Shown piece by piece: positions 1 through 10,510 of a DNA stretch of 64,000 bases (position 1 is its first letter; each line of letters begins with the position of its first letter). Below the pieces are notes generated by a model, which worked only from the letters and a program-made list of their open reading frames with translations, searched no databases and had not been told where the DNA came from. The DNA comes from Planctomycetota bacterium. Lineage in GTDB: Bacteria > Planctomycetota > Planctomycetia > Pirellulales > UBA1268. Made by a program: the position numbers and the translations under genes. Location: assembly GCA_018970785.1 (NCBI GenBank), contig JAGWVR010000006.1, positions 1,022 to 65,021 of the forward strand, given 5' to 3'.

Positions 1-380
1 GAGCCGTCGGCACCGACGGGAAACCACTGCGCGGTGACCACGTAGTGGCCGGCCGGGGCACCGTCGCCGTCGCGGTAGGTGCTCACCGTGAACGTGCCGT
101 CGGCCTTGACGACCGCGCTGGGGAGGCCGTCGCGATCCTCCTGGTCGGGATCGGGATGGAAGATCAAATGGGCGCCGACGGCCGGTTTGCCGCCGAACTC
201 GGCGGAGCCGGTGACGGGATGGGTCTGGCGATGATTGCCGCCCCCCCACCCACAGCCGCCCGACGAGGCCAAAAGGAGAGCGAAGACGACGCCGAGTCGG
301 AGTTTCGGCAGGGCGTGGGGTGGTGGTGCGACCCGGCGGGATCGCGACCGACGGTGGGCGACGGACGGGGCGGGGATCAT
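1..380 (-). CDS. Planctomycete lipoprotein (carboxypeptidase-regulatory-like/transthyretin-fold type that often accompanies DUF1559 genes); runs off the window start
   Basis: Not in the ORF track; translated by hand. ATG at 380 follows AGGAG. It reads ...RLGVVFALLLASSGGC GWGGGNHRQTHPVTGSAEFGGKPAVGAHLIFHP...SAVVKADGTFTVSTYRDGDGAPAGHYVVTAQW: a lipobox-like Cys plus the PVTG..GKP / DG.F / DGAPAG.Y.V pattern. Confidence 0.75.
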   Translation of the reverse strand, partial: MIPAPSVAHRRSRSRRVAPPPHALPKLRLGVVFALLLASSGGCGWGGGNHRQTHPVTGSAEFGGKPAVGAHLIFHPDPDQEDRDGLPSAVVKADGTFTVSTYRDGDGAPAGHYVVTAQWFPVGADG

Positions 381-476
381 CGGCGGACTCCTGGGAGCCG
401 TCGCGGTCCTCCGGTTCTTCCGGTCAGTGCGGGGCGGGGCGATCAGTTCAGGGACGATGCCTAGGAACGGGGACGG

Positions 477-674
477 TCAACGCGAAAAACGGATCTTCTC
501 GGTCCGCTCGACCTGGACGACGACTCCGTCCTGGACGATCGCCAGCACGGAGCCGAAGCGGATGCCACGCAGCGCGTCGGCGATCCTCCGCAGAGCGGCG
601 TCGGTGGCGGGGGGAACGCCGCCGGTCTCTCCGTCGGGGCGGGAGGCTTCGGGGTGGTCGGACGGGACGGTCAT
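477..674 (-). CDS. YezD/DUF2292 (OscA-like) small sulfur-starvation-associated protein
   Basis: LRGIRFGSVLAIVQDGVVVQVERTEKIRF is the family signature; lies directly after cysA. Confidence 0.85.
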   Translation of the reverse strand: MTVPSDHPEASRPDGETGGVPPATDAALRRIADALRGIRFGSVLAIVQDGVVVQVERTEKIRFSR

Positions 675-692
675 GGCCGCGGTTCCTCGGGG

Positions 693-1766
693 TCAGATCA
701 CGTAGTCGTGGTCGACGGGAAATACCCGCGCGGTCCGCGGCGTGATCCGCACGGTTTCCCCCGGCCGCAGGCCGAGATCGCGCGCCCGATCCGACGGCAG
801 GTCGACCTGCACCGGTTCATCGGCCCCGGCGGGGCGGCAGGCCACGCGGGTGACGGCTCCGCCGGGGGCGATCCGCAGCACTTCGGCGCTCAGGCTGGCG
901 CCGTCGGTGGCGGAACCGGAGCGGTGGATGTCGAGCTCGTGGGGGCGGAGGTAGACGCGCGCGGCGCGCGGCCCGGCAACGCCGGCGCTCCCCGCGACCG
1001 GGATCGGGATCCCGTGCCAGAACGCGCGCCCGTTCTCGATCCGGCCGTGGAACAGGTTGACCGTCCCGAGGAAGTCCATCACGAACGGTGTCGCGGGCCG
1101 GTCGAAGACCTCGTCCGGAGCCCCCCGTTGCTCGATCCGGCCCTGATTCATCACCACCACCTCGTCGGCCAGCTCGAACGCCTCCTCCTGGTCGTGTGTC
1201 ACGAATACGCTGGTCATCCCGATCTCGTCGTGGAGTCGCCGCAGCCATTGGCGCAGTTCGACCCGCACCTTGGCGTCGAGGGCCCCGAACGGCTCGTCGA
1301 GGAGGAGGATCCGCGGGCGGATCGCCAGCGCCCGCGCCAGCGCCACCCGCTGCCGCTGCCCGCCGGAGAGCTGGGCGGGGCGCCGGCCACCGAGCCCTTC
1401 GAGCCGCACGAGGCGGAGGAGCTCGTCGACGCGCCGCGTCACTTCGGCGCGGGCGACGCGGCGGATCCGCAGCCCGAAGGCCACGTTCTCGAACACACTC
1501 ATGTGGCGGAACAGCGCGTAGTGCTGGAACACGAAGCCCACGCCGCGAGCCCGGGCGTGCCGGTCGGTGACGTCGGTGCCGTCCTCGGTGATCGTGCCGC
1601 TGTCGGGCTGCTCGAGACCGGCGATCACACGCAGCAGCGTCGTCTTGCCCGATCCCGATGGCCCGAGCAGGGCGACGAGCGCCCCGTCGGCGATCTCGAG
1701 GGACACGCGGTCGAGGGCCCGGAAGGAGCCGAAGGCCTTGGACACGTCACGGACATGGATGCTCAT
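693..1766 (-). CDS. cysA: Sulfate ABC transporter ATP-binding protein
   Basis: [13 protein letters not shown] start; Walker [25 protein letters not shown]-terminal TOBE-like region; ATGA overlap with cysW. Confidence 0.95.
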   Translation of the reverse strand: MSIHVRDVSKAFGSFRALDRVSLEIADGALVALLGPSGSGKTTLLRVIAGLEQPDSGTITEDGTDVTDRHARARGVGFVFQHYALFRHMSVFENVAFGLRIRRVARAEVTRRVDELLRLVRLEGLGGRRPAQLSGGQRQRVALARALAIRPRILLLDEPFGALDAKVRVELRQWLRRLHDEIGMTSVFVTHDQEEAFELADEVVVMNQGRIEQRGAPDEVFDRPATPFVMDFLGTVNLFHGRIENGRAFWHGIPIPVAGSAGVAGPRAARVYLRPHELDIHRSGSATDGASLSAEVLRIAPGGAVTRVACRPAGADEPVQVDLPSDRARDLGLRPGETVRITPRTARVFPVDHDYVI

Positions 1767-2659
1767 CGTTGCCCGGCCCCCTCCGCTGCAGTGCCGTCGG
1801 CCGCGCGGGCAGCCTGGCGCTCGCGTGCCTCGGCCTCGACGCGGCGTTCGATCACGTATTTCGCCACCAGCGTCACCAGCGCCAGCCCGGCGAGGACGCT
1901 TGCCACCGCCATCGAGGCCGGCTGGCGGTATTCCTGGAAGAGCTTCTCCACCCGCAGCGGCATCGTGTCGGTGACCCCGGCGATGTGGCCACTGACCACC
2001 GAGACGGCGCCGAATTCCCCCAGTGCCCGGGCGTTGGCCAGGACGACGCCGTGGAGCAACGCCCAGCGGATGTTGGGGAGCGTGACCCGGGTGAAGACCT
2101 GCCAGCCGTTGGCCCCGAGGCTGACGGCGGCCATCTCTTCCTCGGGGCCGATCGACTCCATCACCGGAAGCACCTCGCGCACCACCAGCGGCAGGGTGAC
2201 GAACGTCGTCGCCAGCACGAGACCCGGCCAGGAGAAGATCACCTTCCACCCGAGGGCCGCCAGTGTCGGCCCGAGCAGCCCCTGGCGACCGAAGATCAAC
2301 ACCAGTGCCAGGCCCGCGACCACCGGCGACACGGAGAACGGGAGGTCGAACAGCGCCACCAGCAGCGATCGGCCGGGGAAGCGGAACCGGGCCACGAGCC
2401 ACGCCGCGGCGATGCCGAACACCGTGTTGAAGGCCACTGCCACCGGCGCCACCGTCAACGACAGCCAGATCGCGTGGCGGGTGTCGGCGTCGTGGGCGAG
2501 CGTCGCCCACCAGGCGCCGAAGCCGCCAGAAAAAGCCTCGAGGAACACGCTCGCCAGCGGCACGACCACCAACACGCCGACGATCCCCCAGGCTGCCGCC
2601 ACCAACGCCACGTTGCCGGAGCGCGTCGTCGCGGTGATCGGGGAAGCGGGCCTGGACAT
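1763..2659 (-). CDS. cysW: Sulfate ABC transporter permease CysW
   Basis: [23 protein letters not shown] (EAA loop), [18 protein letters not shown]. Confidence 0.93.
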   Translation of the reverse strand: MSRPASPITATTRSGNVALVAAAWGIVGVLVVVPLASVFLEAFSGGFGAWWATLAHDADTRHAIWLSLTVAPVAVAFNTVFGIAAAWLVARFRFPGRSLLVALFDLPFSVSPVVAGLALVLIFGRQGLLGPTLAALGWKVIFSWPGLVLATTFVTLPLVVREVLPVMESIGPEEEMAAVSLGANGWQVFTRVTLPNIRWALLHGVVLANARALGEFGAVSVVSGHIAGVTDTMPLRVEKLFQEYRQPASMAVASVLAGLALVTLVAKYVIERRVEAEARERQAARAADGTAAEGAGQR

Positions 2660-2686
2660 GGCGACGACCTGGTCGGAGAACGGGGG

Positions 2687-3595
2687 TCAATGACCGCTGG
2701 CGGCGAGGCGCTGCTGGAGGACGTTGATGACCACCAGCAGCGTCACCGACAGGGCGAGCAGGACGACGGCGATCGCAGTCGCCTCGGCGTAGGCGAACTC
2801 CTCGAGCCGGGCCACGATCAGCACCGGAGCGATCTCGGTTCGGAACGGCATGTTGCCGGAGATGAAGACCACTGAGCCGTACTCCCCTAGAGCCCGCGCC
2901 AGCGACAGGGCGAAGCCGGTGACGACCGCCGGCGCCAGCGCTGGGAGCACGACGCGGAAGAAGGTTTGCCAGCGCGTCGCGCCGAGGATCCGGGCGGCCT
3001 CCTCGGTGTCGCGGTCGAGGCTCTCGATCACCGGCTGCACGACGCGCACCGCGAACGGCAGGCTGACGAACACCAGGACCAGCACGATGCCGAGAAACGA
3101 ATACGCGCCGTGGATGCCGACCGGCACCAGCCACTGGCCGAGCCACCCGTTCTTGACGTACAGCGCCGAGTAGACGAGCCCTGCCACCGCGGTGGGCAGT
3201 GCCAGGGGCACGTCGACCAGCGCGTCGAGGAGCCGCCGGCCCGGGAATTCGATCCGTGCCAGCACCCACGCGACCACCAAGCCGAGGAACGAGCTGGCGA
3301 CCGCGGCGATCACGGCGGCGGACAGGGACACCCCGTAGGCGGCGCGGGCCCGCGCGGTCCACGCGGCGGCGACGAATCCCGCCGGGCCGAGCGCCGCCGC
3401 CCGGAAGACGAGCACCGTCAGCGGCAGGATCACCATGGTCGTCACGACCAGCGACGTGACCGCTGCGCTCGGCCAGAAGCCGGGCAGAACGGCGCTGCGC
3501 CGGCGGCGCAGCACTGGGGCCAGAGCAACGGCGTCGGACGGCGGCGCGTGTGGCGGTGGGGCAAGCGCGATCATCGGACGGTCTGGGGTGGTCAT
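2687..3595 (-). CDS. cysT: Sulfate ABC transporter permease CysT
   Basis: [44 protein letters not shown]; start estimated at MTTPDRP. Confidence 0.92.
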   Translation of the reverse strand: MTTPDRPMIALAPPPHAPPSDAVALAPVLRRRRSAVLPGFWPSAAVTSLVVTTMVILPLTVLVFRAAALGPAGFVAAAWTARARAAYGVSLSAAVIAAVASSFLGLVVAWVLARIEFPGRRLLDALVDVPLALPTAVAGLVYSALYVKNGWLGQWLVPVGIHGAYSFLGIVLVLVFVSLPFAVRVVQPVIESLDRDTEEAARILGATRWQTFFRVVLPALAPAVVTGFALSLARALGEYGSVVFISGNMPFRTEIAPVLIVARLEEFAYAEATAIAVVLLALSVTLLVVINVLQQRLAASGH

Positions 3596-3614
3596 GCCGA
3601 TGGCTGGCAATCGA

Positions 3615-4655
3615 TCAGTTGGCGGCGGTGGGTTGGTACATGGCGTCGAACTCGCCCCCTTCGGCGAAGAACGCCGTGGTGGCGTGCTGCCAGCCCCCCA
3701 CGAACTCGACGTCGAACGTGTCGATCGCCGGGAGCGCCTCTGCCGTGCCGGACGACGGGGAATCACCCCACGGGCGGAAGTGGTGCCGGGTGATGATCGC
3801 GCGGGCCTCGGGCGTGTACAGGAAGCCGAGATACGCCTCGGCCGCGTGCCGCGTGCCACGCTGGTCGACGGTGCGATCGACGACCGCGACGGGCGGATCG
3901 ACCCTGATCGAACAGCTCGGGTAGACGATCTCGAGATTCCCACGGGCCTCCGCGACCTCGAGGTGGGCCTCGCTCTCGAACGTCAGGTGGACGTCCCCGA
4001 TGCCCTTCTGCGAGAAGGTCGCGGTCGCCCCGCGGGCACCGGTGTCGAGAACCGGCGTCCGCCGGTAGAGCTCGGCGACGAATCGCCGGGCGTCATCCGC
4101 GCTGCCTCCCGCTTTGAGGACGCTGCCCCAGGCGGCGAGGAAGCTGTATTTGCCGTTGCCCGACGTCTTCGGGCTCGGGGTGACGATCGAGACGTCCCCG
4201 CGGAGCAGATCGGGCCAGTCGCGGACATTTTTCGGGTTGTCCTTGCGGACGACGAACACCACCACCGAGTGATAGGGCACTGACCGGTTGTCGTAGCGTC
4301 GTTCCCAGTCGGGGTGCACGAGGCCCGCCCGGGCCACCGCGTCGACGTCGGGCCAGACGGCGAGCGTGACGACGTCGGCCTCCAGGCCGTCGATCACCGC
4401 GCGGGCCTGGCTTCCCGACGCGGCGTGCGATTGGCGGATCGTGATCGGGCGCCCATGTTCTGCCGCATAGCGCTCCGCGAACGCGGCGTTGATATCGCGG
4501 TACAGTTCGCGCGTCGGGTCGTAGGAGACGTTGAGCAGTTGCAGCGGAGCGTCGCCGGTGGATGACCCCGCGCCGCAGCCGGCCAACGCCACCAGGAACG
4601 GGCCGACCGCGGCCAGCACCAGGTCCTTCCAGCCCCCACGACGCCGCTTTGTCAC
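3615..4655 (-). CDS. sbp: Sulfate-binding periplasmic protein (lipoprotein signal)
   Basis: LLNVSYDPTRELY, QSHAASGSQARAVIDGL, PKTSG, DTGARGAT; lipobox LAGC. Confidence 0.95.
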   Translation of the reverse strand: MTKRRRGGWKDLVLAAVGPFLVALAGCGAGSSTGDAPLQLLNVSYDPTRELYRDINAAFAERYAAEHGRPITIRQSHAASGSQARAVIDGLEADVVTLAVWPDVDAVARAGLVHPDWERRYDNRSVPYHSVVVFVVRKDNPKNVRDWPDLLRGDVSIVTPSPKTSGNGKYSFLAAWGSVLKAGGSADDARRFVAELYRRTPVLDTGARGATATFSQKGIGDVHLTFESEAHLEVAEARGNLEIVYPSCSIRVDPPVAVVDRTVDQRGTRHAAEAYLGFLYTPEARAIITRHHFRPWGDSPSSGTAEALPAIDTFDVEFVGGWQHATTAFFAEGGEFDAMYQPTAAN

Positions 4656-4696
4656 GCGTTTCTCTCCGCGGGCAAGAAACTCTCCTTGTGTTGAAG

Positions 4697-4713
4697 AGCA
4701 ATCAGCATGCCAA
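4697..4713 (-). promoter_or_regulatory. sigma54 (-24/-12) promoter for the sulfate uptake operon
   Basis: Minus strand reads TTGGCATGCTGATTGCT, a near-perfect match to TGGCACG-N4-TTGC with GG-N10-GC spacing. It lies ~40 bp before the sbp start and next to a divergent sigma54 activator. Confidence 0.85.
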
Positions 4714-4888
4714 CGGCCGATGGGATCCCGGCTAGCGGGTGGTTCGGGAATAGATCTTGCGTCCCCTGCCCAAAACCCCGAGAAAGCGATGTTTCTTCAC
4801 GTATTTCTGGTTTCTATGAACATGTCACGGGTTTTCATCGATCAAATATCACGGCTGTCTGTGCAATGTGATGGATAATGAAGATTCC

Positions 4889-6496
4889 ATGATCCAACCA
4901 ACCCCCGGCTCCATCGAGTCCGATCCGCTCGCTGCGGTGTGGCGCGAAACCGGCCGGCACCTCGAGATCGCCACCGCGGTCGCCGCCATCGCCGACGTGC
5001 TCGTCGGCAGGTTTCCGCTGACCGGCATCCATCTGGTGCGGCTGGTCGCTGAATCGCACGGCTGCGAAGTCGTCGCCAGTGCCGGATCGGTGGGTGCCAA
5101 CCCGCCGGGTGCCCCGGCCGTCGCCCTGGCTCCAGCGCCCTGGCGGCGGCTCGTGGCCTGGGTGCGGAGCGGCGCGGTGTCCGGCACCGACGAGGAAGCG
5201 GTCGCTCCACTCGTCGCGGCCACCCGGCCGGAACGCGGCGGCGTGGCCGGCGGGCTGTGCGGCGTCGATGGCCCGATCGGTGCGGTCGTATTCGTGCCGG
5301 CGCCGGGCGCGGCGTTCTCCGCGGCCGATCGGGCGCTGGTCGCCCGGCTCCTCGAGCCGTTCGCGGTGGCGCTGGAGAACGACGCCCGCCTCCACGAGCT
5401 GCGCTCGCTGCGCCAGGCGGCCGAGGCCGATCGGCGCTCGCTGCTGTCGCGGCTCGGCCGCCAGGAGATCGCCGAGGATGTCGTCGGCGCCCGCACCGGG
5501 CTGCGGCACGTGATGGAGCGGGTCGAGCTGGTCGCCCGCTCCGACGTCCCGGTGCTGATCCTCGGCGAGACCGGGACCGGCAAGGAGGTGGTCGCCCGGG
5601 CGATCCACACCCGCTCGAAGCGCGCCGACGGGCCGTTCATCCGCGTCAATTGCGGGGCGATCCCGCCGGAACTGGTCGACTCGCAGCTCTTCGGCCACGA
5701 GAAGGGGAGCTTCACCGGGGCCGCCGACCAGCACCAGGGATGGTTCGAGCGCGCCGACCGTGGCACGCTGTTCCTCGACGAGATCGGCGAACTACCCCTG
5801 CCCGCGCAGGTCCGCCTGCTCCGCGTGCTCCAGGACCATCAGATCGAGCGCGTCGGCGGCAAGGCACCGGTGCGGGTCGACGTGCGGATCGTCGCCGCCA
5901 CCCACCGCGATCTCGCCGCGATGGTCACCGAGCGCTCGTTCCGCGAGGATCTCTGGTACCGGATCAACGTTTTCCCGATCCTCCTTCCCACCCTCCGCGA
6001 ACGCCGCGAGGACATCCCGGCACTCGTCCGTCACTTCGCCCACCGGGCGGCGGTGCGGTTCGGCCTTCCCGAGGTCGACCCGACCAGCGCCGACCTCCTG
6101 CTGCTCGGCGAATATGACTGGCCAGGCAACATCCGTGAGTTGGGCGCGGTGATCGACCGGGCGGCGATCCTCGGGGGAGGACGGCGGCTCGACGTGGCGG
6201 CGGCGCTGGGGCTGGGAAGGCGTCCGCCGCCGCCGGCACCGGCCACCGATCCGACGCTGTTCGAGGTCGTCCCCGAGGGGGTGCCACCTGCGTCCGCCGC
6301 CGAGCCGGCTCCGTCCGCGGCCGACATCGTCCCCTTGGCCGTGGCGATGCGCCGCCACGTCGAGCGGGCTTTGGCAGCGACGCGCGGGCGGATCGAGGGC
6401 CCGCGCGGCGCCGCGGCGCTGCTCCAGATCAATCCCCACACGCTCCGCGCCCGGATGCGGAAGCTGGGGATCGACCCGGGCCGGTTTCGGGAGTGA
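4889..6496 (+). CDS. sigma54-dependent enhancer-binding protein (GAF-like N-terminus, AAA+, Fis HTH; FhlA/HyfR-like)
   Basis: GETGTGKE, HEKGSFTGA (GAFTGA variant), LFLDEIG, FREDLWYRIN, WPGNIREL, GAAALLQINPHTLRARMRKLGI; start may be 4868-4889. Confidence 0.93.
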   Translation: MIQPTPGSIESDPLAAVWRETGRHLEIATAVAAIADVLVGRFPLTGIHLVRLVAESHGCEVVASAGSVGANPPGAPAVALAPAPWRRLVAWVRSGAVSGTDEEAVAPLVAATRPERGGVAGGLCGVDGPIGAVVFVPAPGAAFSAADRALVARLLEPFAVALENDARLHELRSLRQAAEADRRSLLSRLGRQEIAEDVVGARTGLRHVMERVELVARSDVPVLILGETGTGKEVVARAIHTRSKRADGPFIRVNCGAIPPELVDSQLFGHEKGSFTGAADQHQGWFERADRGTLFLDEIGELPLPAQVRLLRVLQDHQIERVGGKAPVRVDVRIVAATHRDLAAMVTERSFREDLWYRINVFPILLPTLRERREDIPALVRHFAHRAAVRFGLPEVDPTSADLLLLGEYDWPGNIRELGAVIDRAAILGGGRRLDVAAALGLGRRPPPPAPATDPTLFEVVPEGVPPASAAEPAPSAADIVPLAVAMRRHVERALAATRGRIEGPRGAAALLQINPHTLRARMRKLGIDPGRFRE

Positions 6497-6514
6497 CGCA
6501 CCCCGCCACCGCGC

Positions 6515-7858
6515 TCACGCGGCCGGTGCGGCGGCCGGCTGCTTCTTTTTCTGGTTGGCCGGCTTGTCGCGCGCCGACGGCGGCGCCTGCTCGGCGTTCC
6601 AGGCGTCGTAGAGCTTCTGGAGCTCGGCAACCTTCGCCGGCTCGGCGGCTGCACGGTCGCGCTGCTCGCCGACGTCGCTCGACAGGTCGTAGAGCTCGGG
6701 CTTGCCGCTGCCCCCCTTGGAGACCACGAGCTTCCAGTCCCCCTTCCGAACCGCCCACTGCTCGCCGCAGCGCCAGTAGAGGGTCTCGTGGGGGCGTCCG
6801 GGCGCGCGGCCGGTCAGGTGGGGGAGGATGTCGACGCCGTCGAGACGCGCTGCCGCGTCGACGGGCTTCCCGGCGGCGGCGAGCACGGTGGGGACGACGT
6901 CGAGGTTCATCACCGGCAGGTCGTAGACCTTGCCCGCCGGCAGCGTCCCCTTCCACTTCACGAGGAACGGCACGCGCGGGCCCCCTTCGAACGTCGTCAT
7001 CTTGAAGCCGCGGAGCGGGCCGTTGCCCGACGTCGTCCCGGCGGTCGGGCCGCCGTTGTCGGCGATGAACCAGACCAGCGTGTTCTCCTCCTGGCCGAGG
7101 GCCCGGACCGTCTCCAGGACGCGGCCGATCGCGTCGTCCATCGCCGACATCATCGCCGCGAACGTGCGCCGCTTCCCCTCGGGGATCGCGGCGAACCGGT
7201 CGAGATACTTCTGCGGGGCCTCGAGCGGCGCGTGCTGGGCGTTGAACGGGAGGTAGAGGAACCACGGCTCCCCCTTGCGGTCCTTCAGCCATTCGACGGC
7301 GCGCTGGGCGTAGGCCTCGGTCGTGTAGAAGGCGGGATCGTCGACCGGCACGACCTCCGTCGAGCGGCGCGAGTCGATGAACTGCTTGGGATGGAAGAAC
7401 GGCGTGTTCCCCAGCGTGCCGTAGAACTGGTCGAAACCCCGCGCGGTCGGCAGGTAGGGAGGCTTGCCGCCGAGGTGCCACTTGCCGATGCACACCGTGG
7501 CGTAGCCGAGCGCCTTGAGGCGCGTGGCGAGCGTCGTCTCGTCGAGGTGCAGGCCGGTCTGCTGGGCGACGGCGTTGAACTCGTGGCCGAAGCGCGTCGG
7601 GTAGCGGCCGGTGAGGAGGCCGGCGCGCGACGGGCTGCAGTAGGTGGCGGCGACGTAGCCCTGCGTGCAGCGCACGCCGTCGCGGGCCAGCGAGTCGATG
7701 TGCGGCGTGGGGATCTCGCGGTTCCCCTGGCAGCCGAGCTCGCCCCAGCCGAGGTCGTCGGCGTAGATCACCAGCACGTTGGGCGGGGCGGCCGTGGCCG
7801 TTCGGGCCGCGACCAGATACGCCGACAGCGACAGCAGGATCCACGGCACGGCGCGCAT
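6515..7858 (-). CDS. Secreted type I (formylglycine-dependent) sulfatase
   Basis: Signal peptide, PNVLVIYADDLG, CSPSRAGLLTGR, GKWHLG, DNGG; GGAGG RBS before the ATG at 7858. Confidence 0.93.
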   Translation of the reverse strand: MRAVPWILLSLSAYLVAARTATAAPPNVLVIYADDLGWGELGCQGNREIPTPHIDSLARDGVRCTQGYVAATYCSPSRAGLLTGRYPTRFGHEFNAVAQQTGLHLDETTLATRLKALGYATVCIGKWHLGGKPPYLPTARGFDQFYGTLGNTPFFHPKQFIDSRRSTEVVPVDDPAFYTTEAYAQRAVEWLKDRKGEPWFLYLPFNAQHAPLEAPQKYLDRFAAIPEGKRRTFAAMMSAMDDAIGRVLETVRALGQEENTLVWFIADNGGPTAGTTSGNGPLRGFKMTTFEGGPRVPFLVKWKGTLPAGKVYDLPVMNLDVVPTVLAAAGKPVDAAARLDGVDILPHLTGRAPGRPHETLYWRCGEQWAVRKGDWKLVVSKGGSGKPELYDLSSDVGEQRDRAAAEPAKVAELQKLYDAWNAEQAPPSARDKPANQKKKQPAAAPAA

Positions 7859-8048
7859 GATCGACCTCCGGCGGAGACTTCTCAATTTCTGGCAGCCCCG
7901 CTAAGGTACGCAAACCTTGCGGGGTTCCGTCAACCGAAACCCTGAACCGGGCGACACCAGCGCCCGTCGACAATCCGTTTTTCCGCGTCGCTGACCGGTC
8001 GACTTGGAGGCACGCCCGCGCCGCTCCCCTGGGGAGCGGGAGGTGCCC

Positions 8049-8972
<924 letters not shown>

Positions 8973-9013
8973 CCCCGCCACCCGCACACGATTCCCTCCG
9001 GAGCCCGCCCGCC

Positions 9014-10474
9014 ATGTCCGACAGCCTCCTCCAGCGCAGCGTGACCACCGCCGTCGCCCGCAACTTGGCCACCACGACCAAGACGCGGCCGATGATGATG
9101 TCGATCACCCCGCGGCACCTGCTCCACCTCCTCCCCTGGGTTCAGGTGGAAGGGGGCGTGTACCGCGTCAACCGCACCAAGGTCGAGCTCTCCAAGGCGG
9201 AGCGGATCGAGATCGTGCCCGCGGCGGCGGGGGGGCTGTCGTTCGCCCACGGCGAGCTGCGCAACGTCCCGCTGTTCTCCCGGTTTCCCGAGACGCTGCT
9301 CGAGCGGATGCAGCAGCGCTTCCGCACCGAGGAGGTGCCGCTGGGCAGCGACCTGCTCATCGAGGGGCAGGACCGGAGCACGTTTTTCCTCATCGCCCAG
9401 GGGCAGGTGGAGATCCTCTCCAAGGGGGTCCATGGCCGTGACCTCCGCGCCGCCCTGCTCACCGAGGGGGAGTTCTTCGGCGAAGTCGATCTGGTCAGCG
9501 ACAAGCCGTCGGGGATCACCGTCCGCACCATCACCCCCTGCGTGCTGCTCACGCTCTCCCGCCAGGACCTCGAAGGGGTGCTCGACGAGCTCCCCGCGCA
9601 GCGCGACTCCTTCCGCCAGGCGGTCGACGAGCACCTCGCCCTGCGCTCGAGCGTCAACCGCTACGGCGAGCGCAACATCGACCTCGTCTCCGGCTTCGCC
9701 GAAAACGTCGAGATCCCCGAGACGTTCGTCGACTACGCCGCCAACCCGCGCGAATACGCCCTGGCCGCGATCCAGACCGTCGTCCGCGTCCACACCCGCG
9801 TCTCCGACCTCTACAACGGGCCCTACGACCAGCTCGAGGAGCAGATCCGCCTCACCATCGAGGGGATCAAGGAGCGTCAGGAATGGGATCTGGTCAACAA
9901 CCAGAAGTTCGGGCTGCTCCACTCGGTCGATCCGGCGATGCGCGTCAGCACCCGCTACGGCGCCCCGACCCCCGACGACCTCGACGAGCTGCTGTCGCTG
10001 GTCTGGAAGAAGCCCGCCTTCTTCCTTGCCCACCCCAAGGCGATCGCCGCCTTCGAGCGCGAGTGCACCCGCCGCGGCGTGCCGCCGGTGACGACGACGG
10101 TCCACGGCTCGCCGGTGATCATGTGGCGCGGCGTGCCGCTGGTCCCGTGCGACAAGCTCGAGGTGAAGAGCCGCAACGGCTACAGCCAGTCGTCCGGCAC
10201 GACGAGCATCCTCCTGCTCCGCGTCGGCGAGGACGACCAGGGGGTCGTCGGGCTCCACCAGACGGGGATCCCCGGTGAGATCATGCCGAGCCTGTCGGCA
10301 CGGTTGATGGGGCTCGACAGCCTCGGCGTCGCCTCCTACCTGCTGACCAACTATTTCTCGCTGGCAGTCCTCACCGACGACGCCCTCGGCGTGCTCGAGA
10401 ACGTCGAGGTGGGTTATTACCACGACGACCGGGCGATCGCCCGGGGTGCGCAGGCCGAGGGATCGGGGATCTGA
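9014..10474 (+). CDS. Family 2 encapsulin shell protein with inserted cyclic-nucleotide-binding-fold domain (family 2B architecture)
   Basis: SrpI-type N-terminus ARNLATTTKT..MMSITPR.LL.LLPWVQVEGGVYRVNR. CBD insert LRNVPLF...GEFFGE..L...TVRT. Shell motifs PETFVDY..NPREY, HTRVSDLY, PTPDDLDELL, WRGVPLVPCDK, GVVGLHQ, AVLTDDAL.VLENV. Confidence 0.9.
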   Translation: MSDSLLQRSVTTAVARNLATTTKTRPMMMSITPRHLLHLLPWVQVEGGVYRVNRTKVELSKAERIEIVPAAAGGLSFAHGELRNVPLFSRFPETLLERMQQRFRTEEVPLGSDLLIEGQDRSTFFLIAQGQVEILSKGVHGRDLRAALLTEGEFFGEVDLVSDKPSGITVRTITPCVLLTLSRQDLEGVLDELPAQRDSFRQAVDEHLALRSSVNRYGERNIDLVSGFAENVEIPETFVDYAANPREYALAAIQTVVRVHTRVSDLYNGPYDQLEEQIRLTIEGIKERQEWDLVNNQKFGLLHSVDPAMRVSTRYGAPTPDDLDELLSLVWKKPAFFLAHPKAIAAFERECTRRGVPPVTTTVHGSPVIMWRGVPLVPCDKLEVKSRNGYSQSSGTTSILLLRVGEDDQGVVGLHQTGIPGEIMPSLSARLMGLDSLGVASYLLTNYFSLAVLTDDALGVLENVEVGYYHDDRAIARGAQAEGSGI

Positions 10475-10510
10475 CGGCCGACCGGCACACGCAGTCGGGA
10501 AGGAACGAGC

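Noticed and set aside
693-3362. Apparent 889-aa CysA with a long N-terminal fusion
   Set aside because: The upstream part overlaps cysT/cysW in another frame; the real start is at 1766.
7860-8048. sigma54 promoter for cysK-encapsulin
   Set aside because: GGTACG...TTGC has 12-nt rather than 10-nt spacing, and other GG-N10-GC hits lack consensus.
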